Notes: generated by a model not told the origin, from the sequence alone. Positions 1-12,479 are shown, counted from the first letter of the whole stretch. The stretch is DNA of 59,597 nt, filler included, from Basidiobolus ranarum (GCA_040143965.1; 11 parts of 11 records of this genome joined end to end with filler, not necessarily neighbours in it); one strand, 5' to 3'. A program made the numbers and translations.

Positions 1-746
1 ACCATAACATAAACCTGGTTTCCTTCTTTTGTAACCTTTGTACTTGCCAAAGCTATGTTTTCCAGCTCCAAAAAGAGCCACTTCCCCAGATTCTTCTTCC
101 AAATTCTTACTTCTGAGGTGTTGATGCATTAGTCTTGCCACCACAAACTTCAAAGACAACTTGTCAGATCTTGCTTCCAAAGCTGTGACCAAGTTTGAAT
201 ACTATTCTGGTAGACTACTTAGAAGAGTCAGATCTTGCTTCCAAAGCTGTGACCAAGTTTGAATACTGTTCTGGTAGACTACCTAGAAGAGTCATAATGA
301 CATCTTCTTCCTGCAAAGTTGCACCAATATTTTCCAGTTGTTTTGCCAAAGATCTCACATTTGCAATACAAGTAACCATGCTTTCAGACTTTTCCATCTT
401 TATATTGAAGAATTTTTGTCTGAGGAAGAGTCTATGAGCAAGACTCTTTGCTTCATAACACTCTTCCAATAAAGCCCAACCTTGATGGGAAGTCTTTGCA
501 TAATGAATATTAGGCTAAGTGAATCCTTCAAACTTAGACAAAAGACATTAAAGGCCTTCTTGTCTCTTTTCTTGTAAGCTTATAATAAAGAAGGGTCAGA
601 AGGTTCCTTTTCATCTCCAGAGACTAAATCCCAAAGTTCCTTGTCTTCCAGCATGATTTGCATCTTGAACTTCCAGAAATTGTAATTTTCTCCATCAAGT
701 TTTCAACACTTGAGTTAATAAAAGTGGTAGTAGTGGTTTGTGTCAT
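1..746 (-). pseudogene. Ty1/copia gag remnant (DUF4219/Retrotran_gag_2-like)
   Basis: Minus strand reads LDGENYNFWKFKMQIMLEDKELWDLV...RLFLRQKFFNIKMEKSESMV...MTLLGSLPEQYSNLVTALEARSD, with stops and frameshifts. Confidence 0.88.
163..294. repeat. 64-bp tandem duplication inside copia gag
   Basis: 163-226 is repeated at 227-290 with 2 mismatches; GTCA microhomology at the unit boundaries. Confidence 0.9.
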
Positions 747-765
747 GCTGTAAAGGTTAAACATG

Positions 766-1155
766 GGGCTCATAGCCTATTGGTTAGATATGGGCTGTGT
801 GCAGGAACTTTTGAAAAGTGGAGTTGTGAATAGCTTTGTGAGATAATTATTTATTGTCCAGAAATAAAGCGTTTATATATTTTGATGGAAATACAGGAAA
901 CTAACACTGGGTTTGTATTCAGAACATCTGTGGGAATAAAATGAGCTATTTTTGGGGCAATTTGGATAAGTATGAAATTTTCAATATGGAATTGGTAATT
1001 CTCACATGATTCTTATATATGTATAATATATGTTCCAATTTTTAGTTAAGTGATATTGGACTAAGTAATTTTAACTAGCTTATATGTGATATATGAAATA
1101 GTTAGGTGTATAAAGATAGAGATAGCAAATATGATAAAGACAATAAAGTTCAACA
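766..1155 (-). mobile_element. Copia 5' LTR (~778-1155) with half-tRNA-iMet primer-binding site (766-777)
   Basis: Minus strand starts TGTTGAA at 1155 and ends ...AACCA. GGCTATGAGCCC follows, just upstream of gag. Confidence 0.7.
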
Positions 1156-1194
1156 TGTCAAGCCATCAACATCCTTGTCAAAATAACTATATTC

Positions 1195-2200
1195 ACCTGG
1201 TGATGCCTGTGTGGGTATAACCCAGATGATTCAGTACAACAGTACTTGTGTATCATCAGCTCAGCCCACTTTTCCTTATGCAACATGGAAGTATTGTTCT
1301 ACACAAAGCTTAGCAACTAGGTATGTGGAATCATGTAGCTTACTGTAATTGCCTAGATGCTATTCAATGCATAAAAGTAATAGTTCAGCAACCAGAAGTC
1401 ATTTTGCATGTAACAGTTCTAATCATGATTTTCTACTATTACAGCCATATCTGATGTATGTGGATAAACATCAAACCACCCAAACCTACCAATATGTGAA
1501 GGCTGTATTTATGAGTATGGTCATTCCTTACAATATAGCCCACTCACCACTATAAATTTGACCACAGATATTCAAGCATTTCCAGGCATGCAAAAAACCA
1601 TTAACATGAAGCTCAAAGCCATATTGGTGTAACATTGTTTGTTAGTGTTCCATCTCTCACATAGAAGCCAGGCCAGCCATATGGATGATGTACTTGTGTT
1701 AGCAATGCTTCAACAATGAAATACTCTAATCTGGAAATGCTTCTCACAACATACAGCTTGTAATCTCTGTGTGACAATAACTATTATTGTATGCTAGCAA
1801 AGTGGTCAAGAATCTCACTATGGCTACTACATTACAAAGTGTTACTATGTGCTGCATAGAAGCTAGGCCAGCCATATGTGAGCATGGTGATGCCTGTGTT
1901 TGTATATGTCAGAGAATCTAGGATAACAGTAGCTGTGTAATGTTATCTACACTTGTTTTTGTTCATGTGGCATGGCAGAAGATTTATGGAAAGTCATGTG
2001 CCAAATGGTATGTTTAGTTTTACAATATACTTCTACTCTTTATATGTTATGGATTGTAGCCAGGTAAACTGTGAGTAAGTGACAAGCTATACATATATGT
2101 GATGATCCAGCAACCAAAAATCATTTCACTCATAACAGCTCTCCTAATCAAGATTTTTGTTTCATTACAGTTGTACCTGATGCAGGTGTATGAACATCAA
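1195..2200. repeat. Old degenerate ~700-bp-period duplication (1195-1480 vs 1885-2200), probably TE-derived
   Basis: Shared blocks GTGATGCCTGTGT, CAGCAACCA.AA.TCATTT, TAACAG..CT...AATCA.GATTTT and AACATCAA occur in the same order; CpG-depleted. Confidence 0.55.
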
Positions 2201-2822
2201 GAGGTACATCACTGCAACAGCAATCTATGAACTACAAGAAATCAAGAGGTATATCACCACTTATTATTCAGCAATATCCCTGTATCACACATTATTGCCT
2301 GACCAGCCATATGTGAGGATAGGAAGAACTGCTTTGATGGAGGTGTTGCTGCTGGGAATCCCTGGCTAGTTACCATAGTCATTACAGCTATTATGTTAAG
2401 CAACATGTCTGGGGCAGTTTTATATGGGCATAGGAAATCTATGGAAACTGTGACATGGGGTACAATACAGGATTGTGGAAGCAATGGTAGCCCTATGGCA
2501 AGCAGAGAAATCCTGTATTGCTACCACTGTATTCATAAGTGTTTCCATGACTTGCAGTGATGCCTGGCCAGCTCAATGCAACAGTTGAAATACTAATGTT
2601 CAGAGAGATCAGCTAAAAATCACAGCAACCTGCAAGCAGTATTCACAAGTAGAGTTATACTAAAAATGGCAATAAATACTTTCTTGCTCATGCTTTTTAA
2701 CTCTATCTATCCATTACCACTTTTAACTAGTACTAAGTGGGTATACTCTGAGATGGACAATCTTCAAAGTAACAAAAGAGCAAACTTCAACACTAGCACT
2801 TTTGGCTAATACCAAAAAGCTA

Positions 2823-2855
2823 TGGTAAATTTCATGTAAAGCTAAATATTGGCAA

Positions 2856-2889
<34 letters not shown>

Positions 2890-3458
2890 ATGAAAAGAAC
2901 TTTGAAAAGAGAGTTAAATAGTACGTGAAATTGTTAAAAGGGAAACGCTTGAAGTCAGTGTTGCCGGCGGAAAATCAGCTTCAGACTGGAGACTTGCGTG
3001 GGTGGAGGGAGTGTTAAAACCCCTTGCCTACGTACAGGAACCTGGATGGAGTGCACTTTTCAGTCGGCAGGTCAACATCAATTTCAGCCGGTGGAAAAAA
3101 GCTAGCGGAACGTAGGTTGGAGCAATCTAACTGTTATAGCCGCCAGCCAATACACTGGGTGGGATTGAGGACAGCAGTGCAGGCCATTATGGCGGAAGCT
3201 CAGTGTCATTCTCCGGGGGGCATGTCAAGACAGCTTGCTGACTTGGTGTGTACACTCTTGGGAACGATGCGGATGTACTTCTCCTGCACTAAGGATGTTG
3301 ACGAAATGGCTTTAAACGACCCGTCTTGAAACACGGACCAAGGAGTCTAACAAATATGCGAGTATTTGGGTGGCAAACCCATATGCGCAATGAAAGTGAA
3401 TGTAGGTGGGATCTCATGCTTTGGTAAGGGTGCACCAGCAACCAATCTTTAGACTTCT
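2823..3458 (+). rRNA. Isolated nuclear LSU (25S/28S) rRNA fragment spanning the D2 region; likely a dispersed pseudogene
   Basis: Conserved GCTAAATATTGGC.AGAGACCGATAGCGAACAAGTACCGTGAGGGAAAGATGAAAAGAAC, and the NL4/LR3 site CCGTCTTGAAACACGGACCAAGGAGTCTAAC at 3321. Flanks are TE debris, not rDNA. Confidence 0.95.
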
Positions 3459-4059
3459 ATAAAATTGCTAGTAAGTACCCAAAACCTCTATTGGAAGTTA
3501 TTGCCTTCAAAGGTGTATTTTTAGAGCCATAGGAATATGTAGATTAGACTTATTCATCATATTTGTGACAAAATAGAAGTTTATTAGCATTTAAACAGCA
3601 ATCAAATTCTTTCTACAGTACCACAAGATAGCTAATGTTTTGACTCACCTATATGGAAGTACCTCTCTTAGGTGTTTGAACTCCATGCACAGAAAGAATC
3701 TTTGGGAAGCCTTCCTTTTGTGAGAATATAAATATGCTATCAAACATATTAGGCACCTACTTGATAATATTGGACTGGATTCCATCAAAATTTACATTTC
3801 TGTCATTGGTCACCTTTACTGATCCTTATCAATAAACTAGGATGAAACTTGTGATTCTGTCAGATATTGTATCCTGATATTTATATATCTACCCCTTAGT
3901 CAAAGGTTACTATATTTCCAACTAGAACATATATTAACAATCAAGCATTTAAAGTGTTGTTGGGAGTAATTGGGATTTCTTTATATTCAGTAAACCAATA
4001 TTGGGAAGCAGCATAATTGATGTACTATATGAAAGAGCTTTTGTTGATAGTCAGAGATA

Positions 4060-4690
4060 GAGTGAAGATGCACAAGTGATTATTTGTTACAACAGCAATT
4101 CCAAGTGCAGTCCTCTTTCTTTAGCAATTCTTTTAAAGCAGTCTGTGATTAAATGGTCAGCACTTTTGTTGTAATCACTGAATATGTTACTTCTCTTCTT
4201 ATGGTGCTTTTGACTTTTGTAAGAAGGCTTCTCATTGTGTATTTAAGCACTTTCATCTCCATTTTGCCAGGATTGTAATTTGGGTAAATCTCTATCCAAT
4301 AATCTGTTCAATGCATAATATAAGGCCAGATTTTTAGTTTTTAATTCCAAGACCATTGTTTGACTTTTAAATCTGTATGGCTGACTCTTTGGGTCTGGAA
4401 TATAATATCTAGCTCAGTAATACATAAGACAATGCATTCTAATTTATTTGCTGAGATATTATTACTATGATTTAGTAAGGTCATGTCTTTGACTGGCTTC
4501 ATTGCCAAGCCAAAGAATTGCCCTAAGTTCATCATTTTAGCAGCAGAGTATTTTTGGCAGTGTCTTCAAAGGCTTCTCAAACCTTATTGGCAGCTCTAGC
4601 TCTTGAACATTAAATTAGCAATTTGTCTATGACAATAAGGCAAGTTATAATAGTTGGAGGACATCAACATAATGGCAGTAGACTATGTAT
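4060..4690 (-). pseudogene. Ty1/copia (family B) gag remnant with decayed CCHC zinc knuckle
   Basis: Nucleotide similarity to 29460-29530 (CTCTTGAACATT.AATTAGCAATTTGTC). Minus strand gives HLITDCFKRIA. Confidence 0.65.
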
Positions 4691-5341
4691 ACTAAAGGCA
4701 GCTTTTGATAGTGTTTCAGTTACTTTGTTCTTGAGAAAATATGACGATATATATAGTAAAGAAGTAAATCAACTATTTGAGATATTCAGGAGTTGGTAAA
4801 GTAAGATATATTAGATTAGCAGAGGTAATAAGACATACATAATATATAGATATTGAGATATTTCTAGCTAGAATATAGATGCCATAGATTAATTGCTTTC
4901 TGCTTCTGATATATGCAACACAACTGAAGCTTAACTAAGTGGTTGAATAATGATTAATTATCCAACAGTATTGAAGGCACTTTGCTCTTTTTAATTGGGA
5001 GGAAAACTTTAGCTTCAGATAGTTTGGCATTGCTTTCTTCACCTACAATAACTTTCAAAAGCTCATTTTGGTTCCATCTACAAAAAGGTTCAGAGCTAGA
5101 GAGGTAGATATAAGAGAGAGAGCAATCCTGTACCCTATTGTATTATTATGGTATTCAGTTAAAAGTGTTTTAGAGAAGTAGAAGTATTGGTGGTTTTGAC
5201 TCATTCATTTATGGGGTGATATATAAAGATTTATGTCTTGTCAAGGAGTAAATCAAAAAAATGTGTAGGACATGTTCAGAAAGGTCCGAGCAACATGAAT
5301 GCCAAGATAGGGACCTCTAGGGCAAGCTTAGAAATATATGT

Positions 5342-5441
5342 NNNNNNNNNNNNNNNNNNNNNNNNNNNNNNNNNNNNNNNNNNNNTTAATTAATTAANNN
5401 NNNNNNNNNNNNNNNNNNNNNNNNNNNNNNNNNNNNNNNNN
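5342..5441. other. Artificial contig linker (44 N + TTAATTAATTAA + 44 N); identical linkers at 10782-10881, 16218-16317, 21652-21751, 27082-27181, 32509-32608, 37935-38034, 43356-43455, 48776-48875, 54187-54286
   Basis: Same 100-nt cassette with stops in all six frames each time. The intervening segments are non-increasing in length (5341 down to 5311 nt), as for size-sorted contigs. Confidence 0.98.
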
Positions 5442-6602
5442 TTATATGTCCTTGTAGTGTGACACTATTCAGGGTGCTTTGTGATATTTGTGCAGCTTGT
5501 TGGTTGTGTTTAAGTTTGGGGCTAATATCAGCTCTTTCAAATGGCCCCATTGAGGCTGGAGGGCTGTGAGTTTTATTTGCTGGTGTTTTGGCTTGTTAGC
5601 AGATGCCAGGTGTTTGACAAATTTCCAAATTTAACACTGTTCCAACTGGTGTACTTGGTTCCAAGGTAACTTCAAGATTTTTTGGTAATATATTTACTTG
5701 TATATCTAACTCTGGAAATACAGTTCTTCATAATGGTGTGAATCATTTGGTAAGTAGGAGAGTAAAGCCTAAACTCACTGTATCTCTTACTTTTCCCTTA
5801 GGTTTACAACTACCTGCTTCTTAAGTACCTCTTTTTCTGCATTTCTGTCTTTTCCAAGTAAATTTTTTTGTATATAATTAATATATGTCATAAATAGGCC
5901 TAAACAAGCCCAATTACTATTTGCAAGCAAAAAACCAAGATAAGCCACATCAAATGAGTCAAGAACTCTCTGAATAACACTTGGTTTTTGGTTTTTCACA
6001 ATTTGATCCAATCAAGATGATGTGGGGTAAGATTCCAAACAGTTTCCAACATGTTGACTATTCATCATCACAGCAGGTGAGAGCAGCTCAAACATTCAGA
6101 GTCTTTTGTTAGCTAGTTTTCCTATAGGTTTCTATTTTCAAGAGCCCAAGCAATGTCAGGTCATTGTGTATGTTTAATGGTACAACACATATTCTGCTCT
6201 GCTAGTTTGTCATGGTGACATTCATGTGTATGGTGTGAGATTGATTGAAATTGCATATGAGAATGGATAGAGAGAGCAGCATGTTGATGCAGCTCAATTA
6301 CAGCATTATGAAGGTCTTGTATCATTGTTGAGGGACTCACTAACTGTTGACTAGTAGCTTCAGAATGCTGCATTAGTAGCAATATTGCAGCTATACTGCT
6401 TGTTATGGCCTGTTTACCTACTTTACAGCTTGTACTTATTATTGCACACACATCATTACATTGTTTGCCTGAGATTTCCTTGCTGTAATAATTCCATCTA
6501 AATTGTCTACCACAGGGTGTCAATAGTCGGCATAGAAGGCATTTTGGAAGCTTATGGGCTTGATGGTGTTTCTGTTGAGCTGTGCTCAACTGTTAATTTA
6601 CT

Positions 6603-6784
6603 GGACTTGTTCCATTGTGCCAGGATTTATTGGGCTTTGGATCAATATATTGAAGTAAATTTGATTGAAATTGATCATGCCTGAGGGTGATGGATAGTGC
6701 CAAATTGTGCCGCATAAACTTTATAATACTTTATCCAATATGATATATACAGCACAATCTGGCACTATCACAGAGAACAAGTCC
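6603..6784. mobile_element. 182-bp MITE, copy 1 (perfect 10-bp TIR GGACTTGTTC/GAACAAGTCC; 3-bp TSD ACT)
   Basis: TIRs at 6603-6612 and 6775-6784; ACT at 6600-6602 and 6785-6787. Internal inverted repeat GATAGTGCCA.ATTGTGC / GCACAAT.TGGCACTATC. Confidence 0.85.
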
Positions 6785-7049
6785 ACTGCATCATGGGGGG
6801 ATTACAATCCCTTCAATTGCACTATTGCTAGATAGGAACACATCTGGTAAATTGATCAATACTTCATCATTACTTGAGTTAGTTTCTATCATGTTAATGG
6901 TTTTCACAGTGGATAATGGATTGCTAGACTGCTCACCAATGCAGTTCTCTGTTCTTGATGCTATTTTTCCTGTTGTGCCAGCTGGCTTTTGCTTGGAAGC
7001 CAATTTTGATAGAGATTTTGAATGTTTTATGAATGGCATTGAAATTTTA

Positions 7050-7964
7050 GATGCTAAATTTGGTTTATTGAAATTGCTTGGAAACAGATTATACTAAACC
7101 AAAATTGCATCCACAATTGCAAATATCTTGTAAATCCCCTGATAATAGATCTGTGATACCATCCCAGAATTGGCAATGATATTGAAGAAAAACACCTGAA
7201 AAACCACCCTGCCATAGTGGGTGTTCTTTTCCACAATATCGTTCTCATGCCACAACACAAACATTCAAAGCAGCCCTACTAATATGGCCACAAATTTCTG
7301 TGCTATGAAAGCAGGAGGCTACATAAAATTTTTGAACGGACTAAATCTAAAAGCCAGAAACCATTTTCTAATTTTATAGATATTCCTTCTCCAGCACCGG
7401 CATATAGTTTATTAGATATACATTGCCTACCATCATGAGTTATGTACCGTAATACTATAGTTTGGACTACAAGATCATCATTGCAATATTGTTCTGTACA
7501 TTTGGAAATTGCATCCAAAATACTACCCAGGGAAGAATTTATATATCCTTTTGATGTAACAAGAGTAATCTTGCAGGCAGTCCAACCATCACCAGGATTG
7601 TATATGTGTCCCCATTGTTCTACAGCCTCCATAAAAGTATGAATGTTTTCTTCTGTAATAGTTATAGCAGGGCCTTCTTTAGTAACAATATAATCACATT
7701 ATGTATAGCTGTTAAATAGCAACAATAATAATGCCCTTTACTGCCCCATCCAGTAAAACCTATAAAATCCTGTTCAGGGGTATTGTACCGACTCCAATAC
7801 TTGTATTCTTTTAAAGTGGCTTTGTAAATATAATTTTAACAGCATCAGGAGAAGTATTAAAATCTTCTTTAATTATTGGAATTCTTTTTTGTATATTTGC
7901 AGGAATACTGTCATAATCCATGGTTATTATGTCTACAGTAGTCTACACCTGTAGACTTGCTCAT
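7050..7964 (-). pseudogene. Frameshifted intronless ORF of unknown function (includes ORF fragment 7303-7632)
   Basis: ATG at 7964 lies 9 nt downstream of the neighbour's stop. Protein-like reading continues across frameshifts (...EQDFIGFTGWGSKGHYYCC...MEAVEQWGHIYNPGDGW...). No TE motifs recognised. Confidence 0.4.
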
Positions 7965-7973
7965 TTTATATTA

Positions 7974-8195
7974 TTACACATTTAATTTATTAATTCTTTC
8001 CATAAGCACTTTGATAGCATCATGTATATCTTCTATTCCGGACTTTTTATCAACATATTTAGAAGATAATCCCATGCTTTTTCTATTGTCTACACATTGT
8101 TTATTATGACATGTTTTACAAAGATGTCTATTCTTATGAAAATCAGGAGATGTTTCTGTACATAAAGGATTTTTGCATTTTTTGTTATCAACCAT
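7974..8195 (-). CDS. Small 73-aa Cys-rich (Zn-ribbon-like) protein with C-terminal coiled coil
   Basis: MVDNKKCKNPLC...HLCKTCHNKQC...IEDIHDAIKVLMERINKLNV; intact ORF from ATG 8195 in an AT-rich context. Confidence 0.55.
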   Translation of the reverse strand: MVDNKKCKNPLCTETSPDFHKNRHLCKTCHNKQCVDNRKSMGLSSKYVDKKSGIEDIHDAIKVLMERINKLNV

Positions 8196-9699
8196 AATTA
8201 TATTTAGAAGTATAAAGTCTACAAATATGTAGATATGTAGACTATGTTTCACTTTTTAAAAATATTTGACACCATCCCTGCATACCTTTTTTTTATATAT
8301 TTTGATTTAATAAACTTTAGTAGGATTTGAAAAAAATAATTTTATTACCTTTGCAGCAAATCCTATAGGAGTAGGACTTTTGGCCACTGCCTTGCATGCT
8401 TGCACAAGTACTTTTTTAAGTAATTTATCAAAAATGGTTTCTACAATTATATACATTGTTTTAGTATATAAACTACAGAAAAAAGGTCAATATGCATACT
8501 AAATATTTTTTTATTTAATATAGGCAAATACCTTTTAATAATGTAATATATAATATTAGAAAATTAAAATGTATAAAATATAAGGTTTACTATAGGTAAT
8601 ATTCCTTTTTGTTAGATATGTATAAAATATAATGTAAAGTATTATAAGTACATTAGGTAAAAATATGGTAAAAGTGTGTGTGACGTAACTTTTAGAAAAG
8701 TATCAAAATGTATAGTAGTTTCACAATCAGGATGTAGGGGGCAAATAGAAAGCCACCAACTGTGCAAAGCCTGGTGAATATCAACCATGATAAGAGCACA
8801 AGATTAACTTTAGTTTTGCCCTCTGAGGCCAATGGTTGTGCTCTACCTCAATGTTTGGTAACACTGCTGAAAGTCAAGAAACTGTGGAGTTACTACAGCT
8901 TTATGACCCAACTGATGTAGGCAGAAATTCCACTTTGGTTGAAATAGTGTAGTGTGGGACAGGAGTGTTAGCTCAAATATTCAGTAATAAAGCTTTATCC
9001 CACTACAAATATCAGCAACACTGAATTTGCTTTACTGGAAGTTTAAAATATCAACAGGAGATATATTCTTCACCCTATCTTTAAAGGGTAAAGACACACT
9101 GTAGTATGTCAATAGCTGGAAGACTTGCTGACAAAAGATTGTTTCTCAAAATAGAATTATCAATAATCTTCAATACTACATGGTTAGATAAAACTCTGAT
9201 GGTTTATCTCACTTGAAATTTGAAGAAAAAAATATAGATATTTTGAGATTGGCAAAGATTTTGTTCAAGAGTTGGATAAATTCTATGGCTGTAAAAGTGA
9301 AGATAACTATGAAAGAATCTAAACTCGATCTTCCATAGTCAAGGCTTGTTGAGTTGCAATAGAAATCTTTATTATCCTACTATGACATTGGGTAGAATAT
9401 CAAGCTAAAAAAAGAATGAAGAATATGGTGTAATTTTGGATGGTGCTAAGGCTAGAAGCTTTTTTGCTAGGGGAAAGGGTTGCTTATATAAAGAAATAGC
9501 TGAGATTAAATACTCTGAAATGATGCATGAGTATAAATGCTATGATTAGGTGGCTTAGCATTGAAGTGCTAATAAGATCACTACTATGCAGTAGTGGCTT
9601 TGAAACTTCAAACACATTGGCATCATGTTCTGTTGCAGCTCTGTGCATATTGTCAAGTAGGCACTACTGTTGTGGGCAGCTTGAGGTCTTGAATTCCCG

Positions 9700-10781
9700 T
9701 AGTTTTTGTTCTAAACATGGAATTAAGCTACAAACTACTGAACCTTATACTCAACAGCAAAATGGAGTTGCAGAACTTGCTAAAAGGACCATAGTAGAGA
9801 TGGCAAGATCAATGTTACATGATCAAAAGTTAGATTGCCAAAATTGAGCTGAATCTGTCTCCACTGCAGTCTATATCAAAACAGAAGCCCAACAAGATTG
9901 ATACCAAAATCTACTTCTTTTGAAGCTCCATATGGATCAAACCCAAGTGTCAATCATCTCAGGATCTTTGGTTGCGCAGCATATTGCTTAATTCCAGCTC
10001 AAAAGTACTCTAGATTGGAATCCAGAAGCTGAAAATGTATATTTCTTGGCTACTGTGATGGATCTATGGCCTTAAGGCCTTTTGATGCCAATATTTAGAA
10101 GTAAGTTAATTGCAGAGAGTGATTTTTGATGGAAAAGCAAATTTTACACCTCAACTCACAGTTCTTGATCCAGAAAACAAAATTAGTACTATTCAGGAAG
10201 TGTCTGATGAAATTCCAGCTGTTTTCAGGCCCTATTCAACCAGAATTCCCATCACAATTACATCACAACTATAGTACATAATACTCTACAGCAAAATGGA
10301 GTTGTAAAAAATGCTAGACCATTGTGGATATGGCTAGATCAATGTTACGTGAGCAAAAATTAGATTACCAATATTGCACTGAATCTGTCTCCACTGCAGT
10401 CTATATCATAAATCAATGGCCACAAGATTGCTACACAACTCTACTCCATTTGAAGCACTATATGGATCAAAACCAAGTGTGGCTCATCTTGGGATCCTTG
10501 GTTGCATAGTATATTGCGTAATTCCAGCCCAAAAATGCTCTAAATTGGAATCTAAAAGCAGAAAATGCATATTTCTTGGCTAAACTGATGGATCTAAGGC
10601 TTACCAACCATTTGATACCATAATTCAGAAGTAAATCAATTGCAGAGCTGCAATTTTAGATGAAAAGCAAATTTTACACTTTAAATCACAGTTCTTGATT
10701 CAGAAAGCACAATCAGCACTATTCTGGGAATGTCTGGCAAAATTCTAGCTGGCTCTGAGCCCTATTGAGCCAACTTTACAG
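9700..10781 (+). pseudogene. Two tandem decayed copies of a copia integrase segment (~9700-10260 and ~10280-10781)
   Basis: PYTQQQNGVAELAKRTIVEMARSML and a second QQNGV...DMARSML about 530 nt later, each followed by GC.AY and FLGY remnants. Confidence 0.88.
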
Positions 10782-10881
10782 NNNNNNNNNNNNNNNNNNN
10801 NNNNNNNNNNNNNNNNNNNNNNNNNTTAATTAATTAANNNNNNNNNNNNNNNNNNNNNNNNNNNNNNNNNNNNNNNNNNNN

Positions 10882-12060
10882 CATACTTAGAATGCATCTT
10901 GGTGATATCTGGCTTGTTTAAGTTTAAAACATTGATCCCAATATCTTGGTATTATTAATATATATCAAGTGCATGTGGTGATGTTGATCATAAGCCACAG
11001 TATCTGCACAGTTGCTTACACAGTAACAGCAAAAATTTGGCTCTATTTGGAACCTAAAGTGCATCATCAATTTTTCAATGTGCAGTAGACATATTTTGGT
11101 CAAAATTGGGCACAACTGTAGCAATATCAGTGACAACTAGTCTATAATCATTTACAAACTAAACTTCCCTTGTTTGTATTGGTTTATGACTGGGAGACCT
11201 ACTTCTTTTTGACATATGCTGAGAAGCCCATGATTCAATGTACAACATTTCTGAGTCTTTTTCAGTAGTTACTGATAGAGCAGACACCAGTTGATGATAA
11301 CTATTGGTTCTTGCCTGATTTGCTTGTTCCAATTTTTGCTTTTCTACAAAATCCTTTTCCTGCAACATTTGAGTGAATGGCCTGGTTTCTTGCAATACTT
11401 GCTCAGGATTGATTTCATATTAAGAATACCCTTGTTGAAGCCTGTTGGATATTTTGTTGCTCCAAAAAGTGCCTGCTTTGCATTTTTTGCTGAAGGCTAG
11501 ATCTTGTCAATTCTTCACTCAAAGGCTTGGCATTAATGTATTAAATTGTTAGTAGCTCTGATAGTGATTGTAAGGTTCCTAAACCTCTTTTGCAGTCCCC
11601 CCAAGTAGTTTCATGACTACTTCATCTTAATTGTGTGGTGCTCCAATGGATGAGTGCTGATCTGCTACAGCTTTGATTCAATCAATACAATTAGTCATAG
11701 AAATTCCAAAGTTTATCTAAACTGAAAAACATTTTTATCTAAGGGTATTAGCTTGACCTTTAGTCTCATAGAGTCCTAGCAGTGTTTTTAAAGCATTTTG
11801 GATGTTTATGGCTGAGTTTATTTGCCTCAAGAGAGAGTCTCTGAGATGTGGATAAAGTGCAGAGAGTGCTATCCTTTGCTTCTTGTGGAATGCAAGGATA
11901 ACTCCTGGAATCCTTTGGCCCTATTTCTCCTCCTGTGATATTCCTTAAAGGTTGTTGTCTTTTAAAACCATATATATCTTGAACATACAAAGTAATAGTA
12001 CTTTTGGACATTCCTTTGCCAGCTAGCTTACAGCATAGAACTTGATAAAGGTGATCAGGG
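10882..12060 (-). pseudogene. Ty1/copia (family A) gag-protease remnant
   Basis: Collinear with 18600-19700. LYIESWASQHM is a decayed WYIDSGASQHM protease motif; KKPGHSLKC zinc-knuckle remnant. Confidence 0.85.
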
Positions 12061-12479
12061 TACTTGCAAACAAATCAATTACTAAAATATGTGATGTAAT
12101 TTTCAAATTATAACTAAGGTAAGAAACATGCAAAACCTCACAAATAACAACTGTCAAACTTTAGAGAGAGCACGTCCACTGAGAATTTTGCCTGGAATAC
12201 TCCTGTATATACACACCTACAAAAATATCTCACTGGGTGGTAAAAGGTGGTCTGTCACTTAAATGATCAATATTACAAGATATATTTGTTTTTCCATATC
12301 AAATATTAATCCCAAGTCATAGCAACATGCAAGCACTACAAAGTATTCATTAAGAAAGATCCAACACAACAATATGTTTCTCAAGAGTTATGGTAAGAAT
12401 AATACCTTCCTAAAGACAAGGCTGAGTATTGCATATCTTGTAATTCTCTATCAGCTAAGAATTCATGAGGGTTGAGTGA

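Noticed and set aside
3024-3329. 101-aa ORF
   Set aside because: Lies wholly within the LSU rRNA fragment.
5787-7097. Short ORFs in CpG-depleted DNA (5787-6011, 6161-6589, 6791-7039, 6825-7097) and similar 60-110-aa ORFs in TE contigs
   Set aside because: No recognisable motifs, mostly non-ATG starts, embedded in decayed repeats; treated as chance frames or TE fragments.
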